Source: Chiloscyllium plagiosum
Taxonomy: Eukaryota
Direction of reading: 5' to 3'
DNA length: 64,000 nucleotides
Assembly: GCF_004010195.1 (NCBI RefSeq)
Contig: NC_057752.1
Location: 1,942,878 to 2,006,877, forward strand
Each line of letters starts with the position of its first letter. Within the stretch, counting starts at the first letter, position 1. The position numbers were made by a program, and so were the translations under genes. The notes below the pieces were generated by a model that searched no databases, was not told where the DNA came from, and saw only the letters and a list, made by a program, of their open reading frames with translations. Shown here one piece after another: positions 47,973-60,944 of the stretch.

Positions 47973-50185
47973 GGTCTTGTTGACTCTGTAAGCCAAGTAG
48001 GTCACTTGGGATGCCTGGAACACACCTTTTCCTTCTAAGGTGTACATCCACCTGGGAGAAACATTTAGGTACTTGTCCAAGTTCTCCAAGTACTCTCTAT
48101 TAGTCTTCCCTGTTATTAGCACGTCATCTGGATAAATGGCAATCTGGGGTTGCCCTTGTAAAATGTTCTCCATGGTTTGCTGGAAAAGGGCGAGGCTGAT
48201 GATACCCAAATGGCAGTCTTGTATATTGGTACAAATCCTAAGGGGTATTAATTGTGGCGTACTCCTGGGTCTCCTGCAATTGCAGGTAAGCGTGGCTCAT
48301 GTCCAGTTTGATGAAGGTCAGTCCCCCTGCCATTTTGCATACAAGTCCTCTATGTGAGGGATTACGTATTTGTCCAGCTGTGAGAAGCAGTTTTTACCGT
48401 TTGTTTGAAATTCCCACAAAGGTGAACCAACCCATCAGGCTTCACAATCAGTACGACCGGTGCTGCGCATTCCACAAACTTCGCTGGCTTGATGATTCCT
48501 TCGTTTTCCAGCCTCCTGATTTCCACCTCTATTTTTGCCTGCAAGGCATACCAGACAGGCCTTACAAAACTGCAGAATTGCTTCCTGCCCAACATGTAAA
48601 GTGACTTTGGTCCCTCTGATAGTCTTTATCCCTTCCTGAAAAATATCTGGGTATTTAATTAGGACTTCACTCAGGCAGCCATTTTCCAATCATAAAATTT
48701 GAGCCAATCAAGGTAAATCTTTCTCAACCAATTCTGCCCCAATAGGCTTGGGCCTGAGACTTTTACTACAATCAGTAGTCACTGCACCAATTGCTTCTCA
48801 TAGAAGACCGGAACCAAAGCCATACCCTTAATCTGTAACATATCCCCGGTACACATTCTCAGTCTGGCTGAGGTCTTGTGCAAATTAAGGGTTGGAGTCC
48901 AGAGCAAATTTTGGTAAAGACTGGTTCTGCAACCACATATACAGCTGTGCTAGTATCGACCTCCATGGGAACTGGGGGACCATTTAACCAAACATTAATT
49001 TTAACTAGCTCTGGTTTGGATGTTGCTAAGCAATTAAATTGTTCCAACCCACACGTAGGGGGACTTTTCAGGGTGTGCACTCTCCTGGGTACCAGACTGC
49101 GAGTTTTCTTACTCAAATCAGGCCATGTAGGACTCCCTTGTTGTTTCGAGTCCACATACCAGCAGCAACTACAATGGCTTGTTGACCCAGATCCTGAAGA
49201 ACCTTTCAGCCATTTGGCCACGGCTTTAATGTGGGGTTTTGCTGTGGGCTGGACTAGAGTCCATCTGCTCAGGATATGCCCTGCGTGAAGTCTGCAATCA
49301 CCTACATTCAAGTGGTGTTCCCCATGTTCAGTTGGACAGGTGAGGGTATCCACTTCCATTGGGATAGCCTGTAGCTCCCATGCTCCACTTGTTGCATTTT
49401 CTAATGACAAAGCCAGTTATATTACCTGTTTGAATTCCAGTTGGGCTTTAGCTAGTAGGTGCTTTTGCATGGTTACTTCATTAATCCCACATACCAAACA
49501 GTCTCTCAGCATCTCATTCAGGGTTAACCCAAAATCACATGTTCCAGGAAATCATCTTTACCTCATCAAAAATTCTGTTATGGATTCCCCTGGTTCTCGA
49601 ACTGCTGAGTAAAACCGATAGTGTCTCAGAATTAGAGGAGGCTTGGGGGTCATAATATTCCTTAACCAACTCCGTCAGTTCTTGGCAGGTTTTAGTGTCT
49701 GGTGCCTCTGGGAAAGTTAAGGCCAATATAACTGAAAATGCTGAGGGGCCATAAGCAGTCAGAAGGATTACACATTGCTTCTAATCTGCCCCAATGTCAT
49801 TTGCCTGGAAAACAAATCGCAATCTTTCCAGATACAGGGCCCAGTATTCAAAGGATCGAACAAGTAAAGTTTCCCAAATAAAGACATGATGGCAGAAATA
49901 CTGATCCCAATTCAAAGACAACTGTTGGAGTAAATGCCCTTCAGGCACATACTGTTTTCTTTCTGAGATAACTGCACACATGCTGGTATCCCCTCACCAA
50001 GTCACCCTTTACTTACATGTACACAGTACACTGGCTTGGCCAGTCCGCTCAGAGTCAGTCCCTGAGTGAGAAACTTCTGAATCCTCTGTTTATATCTGTC
50101 AGCCAGGGCTCCCTGTCAGCCCAGGTTAACAACCTCAATCAAGGATCACATGGTCAATAAGATCCCCCTGGTTCCAATCACTATA

Positions 50186-52035
50186 TTGACGATATCCCAA
50201 GTGGCAATCTAGTATATTGGTACAAACTCTTATGGTTATTAATTGTAGCATTCTTCTAGGAATCCTCATCTAATCAACATTGCAGGTATGCATGGTTCAT
50301 GTCCAGCTTCATGAAGGAGAGCTCCCCTGCTAGCTTTGTCACAAATCCTCTATATGAGAGATTGGGTATTTATCCAACAGCAAAAAACGGTTTACCATTT
50401 GTTTAAAATCCACACAAATGCGAAATGACCCATCGGGCTTCACAATCGGACTGGTACTGCCTATTCCACAACCTGGACTGGTTTGATGATTCCTTCCCTT
50501 TCCAGCCTCCTGATTTCTGGCTCTACTTTTGCCCATAAGGCAAATGGCACTTGGCAGGCCTTGCAAAATTGTGGAATTGCTTCCTGGTCAACATGTAAAG
50601 TGCTCTTGGTGCCCTTGATAGTCCCTCGACTTTCCTGAAAAATGCCTGAGTACTTAAATAGGACTTCACTCAGGCAGCCATTTTCTAATTGAAAAAACAT
50701 GGAGCCACTCAAGGTGAATCTTTCTCAAGCAATTTCACCTCATCAATCTTGGGCCCGAGCATTTTAGCTACAATCAGTGGGAACTGAACCAGCTACTTCT
50801 CATACTGAAGTTGTATCATTAATTTGTAAAGGTTCCCCGATATAGGTTCTCAGTCTAGCCGAGGTCTTAAGCAAACTTAAGGGTGGGGTCCAGAGCAAAT
50901 TTTGGCAAAAACTGCTTCTACAATCTCTGATACAGCTGCGCCAGTATCAACCTCCATTAGAACCAGGTGACCATTTAACCAGGTGTTTATTTTGATTGCT
51001 TCTGATTTGGATGTTGCTAAGCAATGTAACTGTTCCAAACCAGATGTAGGTGGACTTTCCAGGTGAATTCTCCTGGATACCCACCTATGAGTTCTCTTAT
51101 GCAATTCAGGCCTCATGGGACTCTTTTTCTGTCTCAAGTCTGCATACCGATAGCAACCATAATGGCCTGCCGGCCCAGATCCTGAAGCAAATGTTCACCG
51201 TTTGGCCAAGGCTTGGCTTTGTTTGGTGTTTTGCTGAGGGCTGACCTAGAGTCCTTCTGTTCAGAATTCTGAGTGAGGCCATGCAATTTCCTTCACTCAG
51301 GTGGTGCTCCCCAAATTCAGTTGGCCTGGCAAGGGTGTCCACTTCCATCAGCATACCCTGCAACTCATATACTCCACTTGGGGCATTTTCCAATGATAAA
51401 GCCAGTTGTAGTGCCTGTTTGAAGTCCAGTTAGGCGTCAGATAGTAGACGCTTTTGCATGGTCATGTCATTAATCCTACATACCAAACAGTCTCTCAGCA
51501 TCTCACTTAGTGTTAAACCAAAATCATGTGCCTCTGCCAGTAGTCTTAACCTCATCAAAAATCCTGACATGGATTCTCTGGTTCTCAAACAACTTAATGA
51601 AATTGATAGCGTTTCAGAATTACAGGAGGCTTGGGGTCGTAATATTCCTTAGCTAAATCTATCAACTCTTGATAGGTTTTAACATCTAGTGCCTCAGGGA
51701 ATGCTAGGCTCCTCATAAATGAAAAAGCTGTGGGTCCACAAGCTGTCAGGAGAATTACTCGTTGCTTTTCATTTGCCTCAATGTCATTTGATCAGAAAAA
51801 ATAACGCATTCTTTCCACATACTGGGCCCAGTCTGATGGCAGGGTCAAAGGAGTCAAGTTTCCCAAATAATTACATGATGTCAGAAATGCTTATTCCAAC
51901 TCAGAGATGACTGTTGCGAGCAAATCCTTTTGGGGATGTATCCCACTCTCGTCATCGCTGAAATAACTCCACAAAGGCCAGTATTCCATCATCAAAAAAC
52001 CCTTTACCTACACATGCATAGTACATGACACTGAG
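50186..52035 (-). mobile_element. Gypsy element B (same family as A): partial 5' LTR, PBS, gag, protease, start of RT
   Basis: MEVDTGAAVS and PIVKPDGSFRICVDFK. Collinear with 48205-49960. A degenerate PBS at ~51940-51957 abuts the LTR end TGAAATAACTC. Confidence 0.88.
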
Positions 52036-52565
52036 GGAAAATCACTGTTGATCACTATATCATATCTCATTGGCTTGGTAAGTTGTATAGACTCAACTCA
52101 GTTTACTGAACAGACAAACTGATACCTTGCAGCTATAAAGCAATGAATGTATACATTTTCTGTCTAGCTTGCTGCTGCTTGTAATCCTCATGGTTGCTGC
52201 TCATGTGGTGTCATCCTAGTTCTTGTCTCATTAGTTTATTCAGCTCTTAATCAGTTTTTGAATGGTATAGACTCCTATTTGAACCTTGGAGGAAAAACAA
52301 TATAGTTTTCTAGTATATTAGCGTGCAACCTCAGGAATAGTACAGGCTCAATGGAAAGCTTTTGTGACAGGCATCCTTTGCTACTTAGTGAGCCTAGAGA
52401 AGTAATTGCAAGTCTCATCTTGCCAGACATCCTCAGGCTATTAAACTTCTTATCTCCCTTGCTGAGTGTTGAACACTGCATTAACTCATGACACATCTCC
52501 TCCCAGAGTTATCCTGCAGGGTGAGTGCTCAAGCAGGATAACCCTCTTCTTCCCTTCCTTCATAA

Positions 52566-53008
52566 GAAAGAAAGGTTTGCATTTGTATAAGACCTTTCAT
52601 AAGCACTGGATGTCTCAAAGCACTTTACAGCCAAGAAAAGACTTTTCTTGCAGTGTAATCACTGTTGAACTGTGGCTAATACAGCATCTAATATTTTCAC
52701 AGTAAGCTTCCATTAACAACAATGTGACAGTGACAACAGGATCTGTTCTTATGATGTTAATTGAGGGAAAAATATTGGCCAGGATGCGTTTTTCTTCTTT
52801 TTTCTCTTTGACTGTTCTTTAAAAACAGTCCTGCGACTGTTGCAAACACCTGAGAGGGCAGTGCCCCTGTTTAACAGCTAAGGCAAAAGACAGTTCCTCC
52901 TCAGTGCTGCACTGGACTGTCAGTTTTGACTTTGTGCTCATGACCTCCCCACAACACACAAACCTCCATCTCAGAGACAAGAGTACTGCCAACCAAGCCT
53001 CAGCTGAC
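52566..53008 (-). mobile_element. DeuSINE (SacSINE1-like)
   Basis: Deu-domain-like CCTCAGTGCTGCACTGGACTGTCAG, TTGAGGGAAAAATATTGGCCAGGA, and an L2-like tail TTGCATTTGTATA..CCTTTCA. Confidence 0.65.
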
Positions 53009-53744
53009 ACTGTACTCACAGTATACATTCTATATCGAAAGATGCTCTGCAATGTTCTCCAATCTTCTGTGTTCATTTCTGCTAAAAAATTTCTTGCAAG
53101 AGTGCATAAATACAGGCATTTCTATAAATAGCAGTCACCATCTTTTAAGAGCTACACTGCATACAATTTCCTGAGTTAGTGAGCTCTCTCTCTGGCAGGC
53201 CAACACCAGGTTGGGAGCTCCCCGCTAGTCTTCAGTCACATTGACCTTGAGAATTGAAAAGGTCAACAATGTGATTTCTTGCCACACTTAGGGCCCATTA
53301 GATCAATAGCAAGACCTAAAGATATATATCCACGACAGGCATTAACATGATCAGAACAGGCAGAAGTGCAGCAGTAGATTGACATTGCTGTTGCACATGA
53401 ATTTTGGACAGTTACTGACTCGATTATGAGTGCAAAAATGGCAACAGGACCATGGTAAATTTCTTCATTAATACCCCATCTGCAACCTCAGCCTCTATAG
53501 TTTCTACTGCCAGGACTGAAGTAGCACAGTGCCACATTACATCTGCTCTGTTTTCCATCTCGCTCAGGCTAATAGGATATCTGGTTACTGGAAGCACCCT
53601 ATGGGAAATGCACCTGAGCTTTCTTAGACCTGTGGACATAAGCACACAATGAAAACAACCACTTTTAACTGCTAAGACAAGTGTGGAAAATAAAAGAATG
53701 GAAGGTTATCTTATTAGTTTGGAGTTTAAAACAGGTAGCATAGG

Positions 53745-54090
53745 GGAAGCAACTGCTCTAACAGGAACTCAGTTGCAGCAAGAGACTCCCAGGAGGGCAA
53801 ACACTTTAGAGGTGTCCTCACTGAGGAGGTCAAACATCCCTGCTGACTCATAAGAGACCCTGTCTTGTGGCTGCCCAAAATGGAGAAGGCTCACTCAGAA
53901 AAGCAACAGACACTTTGAGAAACTTCATCAGGAATATTTGTAAACAAGGTCCAGGGGAGCACATAACCCTCCAAGTATCATCTGCTCCAGATGTGTTGAC
54001 AAATTGTACATTGGACTCACTAGCCATCTCAGAACCCTTCAAAGCAGAGAGGAGGCAAGTCATCTGTGATTCTGAGGGACCGCCTCAGAA
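53745..54090 (+). mobile_element. RTE (BovB-like) LINE 3' end, degraded
   Basis: ELSCSKRLPGGQ...NIPADS*ETL...KWRR remnants. Confidence 0.55.
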
Positions 54091-54244
54091 GATAGCACAG
54101 CAAATGATCCACTCTTCATTTCACTCTGCTGGATCTGATCTTGGACTATTTCATGCAGACACAATATCTGAAGTGTGAAAATATTCCATTCCCCATCACT
54201 AATATTTCTCACACATCAGAACATCTTTTTGCACAGTACATTAG

Positions 54245-54857
54245 GTCTTGGAGTTGGCTCCAAGATGGCAGACTAAGGCGGTGGCATGGGCTTGGAGAGT
54301 GGAAGTATCCAAGGCCGAGTGAATGATAAAGGAGGAGGCATTCAGTGGCATTGGCAGTCACAGCAATGCCAGGATGAGGCGAACATATCTCCACCCCAGT
54401 CTGGATCTCCCGGTGAGCAAGGAGCAGGTCCAAGGCTGAATCCCCCAGCCCAGACCCACAGGCTGAACCAAGGCTCTAGGTCTGCAGCTGGGACAGGCTC
54501 CTGATCGAGTAGCAGTGCTGGTGAGAGAACGGCAGAGGACCACTGCAACTGAGGACATTGTCTGGATGAGCGTCGGTTGGAGCTCCAGAGGTATGAGAAT
54601 TAGCCCATGGCTCCAGCTCAGATGTGGCAGTCATGGGAGTGGTGGCAGCGCAGGCCCGTAACCGATACTCAGAACCCATTACTGAAACCCTGGCCAACGT
54701 CAAGTGGAGCAGCAGAGGAGGATCAAGAAGGGGAAAGAAAGATGAACTCTATTTGAATAATATCCTTTAATATATTCAATAATTCAAAATGGTGCCAGAG
54801 TATGGCGACACTACACACTTTTCACTATAATTTCAATTCAATTCAATTCAATTCAAC
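54245..54857 (+). mobile_element. Unclassified GC-rich retroposon-like repeat ending in (ATTCA)n
   Basis: GC-rich body, then CACTTTTCACT followed by (ATTCA)4-5 at 54830-54856, resembling a LINE-type 3' tail. Confidence 0.35.
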
Positions 54858-54880
54858 TCAACAATCTAATAACTAGTATA

Positions 54881-55046
54881 CAGAACAACCTTGATTATCT
54901 GAACATCAATTATCCGAATTTCGGATTATCCGAACAAGGTCTCAAGATCCTGTAAAAATGCTATCCATTATCCAAACAATCCATTATCCGAACTCTCAGT
55001 TATCTGAACAAAACACTTCCCACCTGTTTTGTTTGGATAGTCAAGG
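54881..55046. mobile_element. pogo/Tigger-like MITE, right end truncated
   Basis: TA + CAGAACAACCTTGATTATCTGAAC. Inverted match GTTTGGATAGTCAAGG at 55031-55046. Internal ATTATCCGAA repeats. Confidence 0.65.
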
Positions 55047-55077
55047 CAAAATGTGACGCAACACTACAAAGTATGAA

Positions 55078-57255
55078 GACATGTCAACAAGAGCTGAGGT
55101 CACATTGGATTTGGTACTGGGTAATGAACCTGGCCAAGTGTTAGATTTGGAGGCAGTTGAGCACTTTGGTGATAGTGACCACAATTCGGTTATGTTTAGC
55201 GATGGGAAGGGGTAGGTACATACCGCAGGGCAAGAGTTATAGGGAAAGGCAATTATGATGTGATTAGGCAAGATTTAGGATGCATAAGATGGAGAAGGAA
55301 ACTGCAGGGGATGGACACAATTGAAATGTGGAGCTTATTCAAGGAACAGCTACTGCGGGTCCTTGATTAGTGTGTACCTGTCAGGCAGGGAGGAAGTGGT
55401 CGAGCGAGGGAGCCGTGGTTTACTAAAGAAGTTGAATCTCTTGTCAAAAGGAAGACGAAGGCTTATGTTAGGATGAAACGTGAAGGCTCAGTTAGGGCAC
55501 TTGAGAGTTACAAGTTAGCCAGGAAAGACCTAAAGAGACCTCTATGAAGAGCCAGGAGGGAAAACGAGAAGTTGTTGGCAGTTAGGGTCAAGGAAAATCC
55601 TAAAGCCCTCTATAGGTATATCAGGAATAAAAGAATGAGTAGAGAAAGTTTAGGGCCAATCAAGGATAGTAGTGGGAAGTTGTGCGTGGAGTCCAAGGAG
55701 GTGGTGAATGTTTTCATCAGTATTCACACTGGAAAAATACAGTTGTCGAGGAGAATACTGAGATACAGGCTACTAGACTAGATGGGATTGAGGTTCACAA
55801 GGAGGAGGTGTTAGCAATTCTGGAAAGTGTGAATATAGCTAAGAACCCTGGGCCGGATGGGATTTATCCTAGGATTCTCTGGGAAGCCAGGGAGGAGATT
55901 CTAGGACCTTTGACTTTGATCTTTATGTTGTCATTGTCTACAGGAATAGTGCCAGAAGACTGGAGGATAGCAAATGTTGTCCCCTTTTTCAAGAAGGGGA
56001 TTAGAGACAATCCTGGTAATTATAGACCAGTGAGCCTTACTTCGGTTGTTGGTAAAGTGTTGGAAAACGTTATAAGAGATAAGATTTATAATCAACTAGA
56101 GAGGAATAAGTTGATTAGGGATAGTCAACATGTTTTTGTGGAGGGTAGGTCATGCCTCACAAATCTTATTGAGTGCTTTGAGATGGTGACCAAACAGGTA
56201 GACGAGGGTAAAGCAGTTGATGTGGGGTATATGGATTTCAGTAAGGCACTTGATAAGGTTCCCCACGGTAGGTTATTGCACAAAATATGGAGTCATGGGA
56301 TTGTGAGTGATTTCGTGGTTTGGATCCGAAATAGGCTAGCTGAAAGAAGACAGAGGGTGGTAGTTGATGGGAAATGTTCATCCTGGAGTTCAGTTACCAG
56401 TGGTGTACCACAAGGATCTGTTTTGGGGCCACTGCTGTTTGTCATTTTTATAAATGACCTTGATAAGGGCACAGAAGGATGGGTTAGTAAATTTGCAGAT
56501 AATGCTGAAGGATGTTGTAGGTTACAGAGGGACATAGGTAAGTTGCAGAGCTGGGCTGAGAGGTGGCAAATGGAGTTTAATGCAGAAAAGTGTGAGGTGA
56601 TTCACTTTGGAAGGAGCAACAGGAATAAAGAGTACTGGGCTAATGGTAAGATTCTTGGTGTCCGTGTACATAGATCCTTGAAAGTTGCCACCCAGGTCGA
56701 TAGGGTTGTTAAGAAGGCATACGGTTGTTAGCTTTTATTAGTAGAGGGATTGAGTTTCCGAGCCACGAGGTTATGCTGCAGCTGTACGAAACTCTGGTGC
56801 GGCCGCACTTGGGAGTAATGCGTACGGTTCTGGTCACCACATTATAGGAAGGATGTGGAAGCTTTGGAAAGGGTTCAGAGGAGATTTATGTGGATGTTGC
56901 CTGATATAGAGGGAAGGTCTTATGAGGAAAGGCTGAGGAACTTGAGGCTATTTTTGTTAGAGGCAAGAAGGTTGAGAAGTAACTTAATTGAGACATACAA
57001 GATAATCAGAGGGTTAGATAAGGTGGACAGTGAGAGCCTTTTTCCTTGGTTGGTGATAGCTAGCACGAGGGGTCATAGCTTTAAATTGAGGGGTGATAGA
57101 TATAGGCCAGGTGTCAGAGGTAGTTTCTTTACTCAGAGAGTAATAGGGGCTTGGAATGCACTGCCTACAACAGTAGTAGACTCACCAACTTTAAATGGTC
57201 ATTGGATAAACACATATAAACAGGCCTGTACTCTGCTGTAATGTTCTATATTCTA
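55078..57255 (+). mobile_element. CR1 LINE, 5'-truncated ORF2 with small internal deletions
   Basis: LDLVLGNEP, SDHN, GNYRPVSLTS, GVPQGSVLGP, FADN (following residues deleted) and a TGTTCTA tail. Confidence 0.95.
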
Positions 57256-58109
57256 AATCCCTGTAAAGGAGAAAATAAACTACTCTCTCACCAGCAGTGA
57301 ATACTAGCTATAACCATGGCAACCCCATTCAATAACCGCCACTAAAGATTCTGGGATAGCAGAAACAAATCTACTTATGATACACAATTAATCGAAAAGA
57401 AAATGTTCACAAATCATGTCCTAAATAAAATAACTGACCACATCAATAAAAAGTCTATCCACCAAATTTATATCCTAACAATTGCTAGACACACATTTAC
57501 TACATTATACTCAAAATCAAATGTCAATTGACAACATTATGCATATAATTACCCTCAAGCAATCTGGGTCACACTACTCCACAGAAATGGGACAGTGAAA
57601 ATGTTGTCTCTGAATGTAACTTAGCTACTCATGAAAGCTACTGCATAGCTCACACACAGACTGAGAAATAAAATCACCTCCTGTGTTCCTCTCTTGAAGA
57701 CACCCTTCAAGCTACGCTGACCTGGGTGGCATAAAGGTAAAATTGCCCAGTCTCAATCTTTATTTCACCAGTCAGCTCCCTGCCTGAAATGAACAGAAAC
57801 GGTTGCTGGTTGGGTTTGAAAATGCAGAATCTAGAAGACCACCAGATGGCACAATGCCACCCAGAAGGTTAGGTCCAGAATGCAAGGTTTGTGGATGGGT
57901 TTCATGAGACGGAACCTGGGACACAGTCCCTCCAGGATAGCCCTGGAATCTCCAAGGATTGAATATCAATTTCTAAGACCCTGTGCTGTGAAACCCTGGA
58001 TTGAAATATTGTAAGGACATTAAAAAAGTTTTTTGTCATTTTCTTTGAACATTTCTCTTCACCAGATGTAGAAACATTAAAAAGGCATTAAAATATCTGT
58101 TTGGCTGCT

Positions 58110-58275
58110 AGTTAAGCAAGTTAGATATAGTTCTTAGAATGATAGGAATCAAAGGGCATGGGTAGAATGCAAGAACATGGCACTGAGTTGTATGCCATGA
58201 TCATATTGAATGGTAGAACAGGCTTGAAGGGCCAAATGGCCTATTCTTGCACCTAGTTTCTCTGTTTCTATGCTT
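58110..58275 (+). mobile_element. CR1 3' terminal fragment
   Basis: GIKGHG..A remnant and GAAGGGCCAAATGGCCTA..CT 3'UTR hairpin. Confidence 0.7.
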
Positions 58276-60084
58276 TTCATCATCACTTGAGTAATAAATC
58301 CTTTTTGCTTTCTAATTAGTGTACCTTAACATGAGGTTTGAACAGATGGATGGCCCAAAGATTGCAGGGATCCTTTATTCCACTGGTGTTAGGAGTTTGC
58401 AAACATGAAGGAAAATTAAAGAGAAACAAGAACAATATGTACATGAGATAAAGTCTGAGGGTAACATTGGGTTGAGAAATCTATTATCTAAATGCTCCCC
58501 CTTCCCATCTGCCTTCTACCATCATAGACACCTATTTTTCAGAGGGAGTCTGGCTGACTGTCTCCCCTCACTGTCACCACCTGCTGGTGGAGATCCCGGT
58601 GAACTGCTCAACTCCCTTGGTCCATGTCTTCTATCACCATTGTCATCTGCTGTTGGAGGTCCCATTACAGGAAGGCAGTGCAACACGAGGATGAATGTGT
58701 TGGCCGCATAATGACTGGAATGTGGGATCAAGTCATATGATGACACCTTCAGGAATATACTTAGTCACATTTGGTAAGCCTAGGTGCAAGAGAGTTAAGC
58801 TTTCCTCATGGGACCAAGAGGAGCATCTACTCCAAATACCAAAAGGAAATATTTTTTAAAAAAATTATCTTAAATGTCCTCTTCAGTCCAAGGCCATCCT
58901 CCTACAGTTGTTACCTGACCACAAAGCCAAAAAAGCCTTCCAATCAGGCCTCAGTTAAAACTGCCACCAGTATCTGATAATATTGTATTTAAGGGAGAAC
59001 CCCACCAACTTCAAGGGTGTGCCTTTACCAGCTGCTGAGATAAACACATTAAAATTAGAGATGGTTGGAATCGGGGGGTTGGGGGAGGGGGGGGGGGTAC
59101 ACCAGTGGCAAAATATCTGACTGCTTTTAACTGCCGACCAACCTTGTTTACCACCAGGTGAAAACTGCTTCTGCAGTTTCTATATATCCTCATGGAAACA
59201 CTGATGTGTTTAGGTATTTTAAAATAAATGTTCATATGTGCACTATGGAGAGGGCTATAAATATTGATAGAAAATATTAGGTATGAACAACTGCACATCT
59301 TCATGACCTACATAACTCTTCTCTTCAGTGTAAGAATAATGGAGCTTACTCCATTCTTCTCTTTTAAATGAATCTGAGAGGCAAGTATAAGCCTGCAGTT
59401 TAGATCAAAAAGATTTAATTTTCTCCAGTTACCTATTGGTTAACCTTTGTATAAAATTTATTTTATTTTAAAAGGTTAATCACCACAGTAAAAGTCCTTT
59501 TTTGCACTGTAAAATAACACACTAACAGAGGAAGCTGAACTATCTAAACATAACTGAAAAACATGGTGCCTTTTTTCCTCTGAAACTGGCAAACCATGAT
59601 TAAAAACAAATTCTCAAATATCTTAAATTTCAGAATTTGCAGATTCCCAAAATTTCACAAACAGGTCATAAGAAGATTAGACACCTACCCATTTTTCATT
59701 GGAAGATCCATTAACTAATTGTAGGGATGACAACACAACAGCGCAAAGCTCTTTGTGTAAGTTCAGTTTTGACTGAGCAATAATTCAATTCTAATGAAAC
59801 ATGGGTCTCAAAATATAAAATTACCTTGTGCTTTCAAATGCTGACTGGCCATTTTTATATACGATTTCAATGATCCAACTTCCTCTTTGTTTCATCGATT
59901 GGAAGCTTACCCAGTCCAAATTAAGATATTTTGACGACTTACTTTCTACAAAATAGTGAACTTGTATGCACTTCTTTTTTCAAACTTTGTTTTCTGCTCT
60001 TGAAGAGTCCATCCCATACTTAGGTGCAGTTTAACAGCACCAACAGTTCTCCTCTCCTCTGTTGCAGTGGCTATTCTTCATGCG

Positions 60085-60935
60085 GAAGTCTGGAAAGTGG
60101 ATGTTGGGAGATGTCATATATTAGCTTCTGAAACATTGCTATGCATAACATTTGGTGTGGACAACTGAATTGGAATTAAATATGGTTTGACTTTATTCCC
60201 TGCTCCATCCTTGGGACGTAGAGATAAATTGTAATAACACGACAACCACCACTGCATATTTTTATATTGTTATCTCTCATTATTTTGAAATACAAGTGGA
60301 TACGTGTATTGCTGGAATGAATTTGTTGCTGTTGACTGAATAGCATTTTCAGGCCATCCAGGACTTGGTTTTGCAAAGTTGCGACACTCCAGTGACCAGT
60401 TGCAAATCACGTGGCAAGTGTAGAACTTCATCAAACGTTTTGATAATGATGTGTTGAACCAAATCACATACCAAGATATGGGATGGTGGAGATGAACAGG
60501 GAAATTGTTATATAATAATTGAATTAATTGGCTCAAAAGCCTTTAACAACCTCATATTTAGACATTTGATATTCTCTATATTTTTAAGCGTTAGAGTTAT
60601 TGTGCTTTGTCTTCTTGCATCATGCTGGACTGTACACTGGCAGTGCTGTTGTCTGGATGAAAAGTAAATGAAAATCCATGTAAGTTGATCAAATCATGTC
60701 TGAGCCATGTCAGAATATGAAGGTAAGTAAAGAATCTCTCTACATTTTCTCTTCCAAAGTGGAAGTCGCACAGTTCTTCGATCCAATCTAAAAACGATCG
60801 CGAATTATTAATGACAGCATGTTTAAAGCGATGCCCAAGCATGAATTTTATATTATATATAGCGCATACCAGAAGGCCTTCATTTGGAAGAAAACTACTC
60901 AATGTTTCCCCAAAGCTTACTCACATTCGTTGTGA
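60085..60935 (+). pseudogene. Possible ancient Academ-like DNA transposon fossil (XPG/PIN-like nuclease region)
   Basis: Ordered degenerate motifs in changing frames: ITFG, IWFD...SI, FIKRFDNDVL, TGK, FLHHAGLYTGSAV, SAYQKAFIWKK. Many stops. Confidence 0.35.
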
Positions 60936-60944
60936 GATATGTGC

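Larger units (their letters stand above)
44055..50185 (-). mobile_element. Gypsy element A: 5' LTR (49964-50185), gag, protease, RT, RNase H, integrase; 3'-truncated and interrupted by a CR1
   Basis: Protease MEVDTSTA, RT IAIYPDDVLI, H..HPGVSKMK.LARSYVW, and integrase TDNGPSFTS...SNGLVERAVQT. Many stops and frameshifts. Confidence 0.9.

Noticed and set aside
59825..59946. Minus-strand exon candidate (TTTTGTAG...AG|GTAA, open frame SKSSKYLNLDW...)
   Set aside because: No recognisable protein and no compatible neighbouring exon. The region is better explained as a plus-strand fossil.
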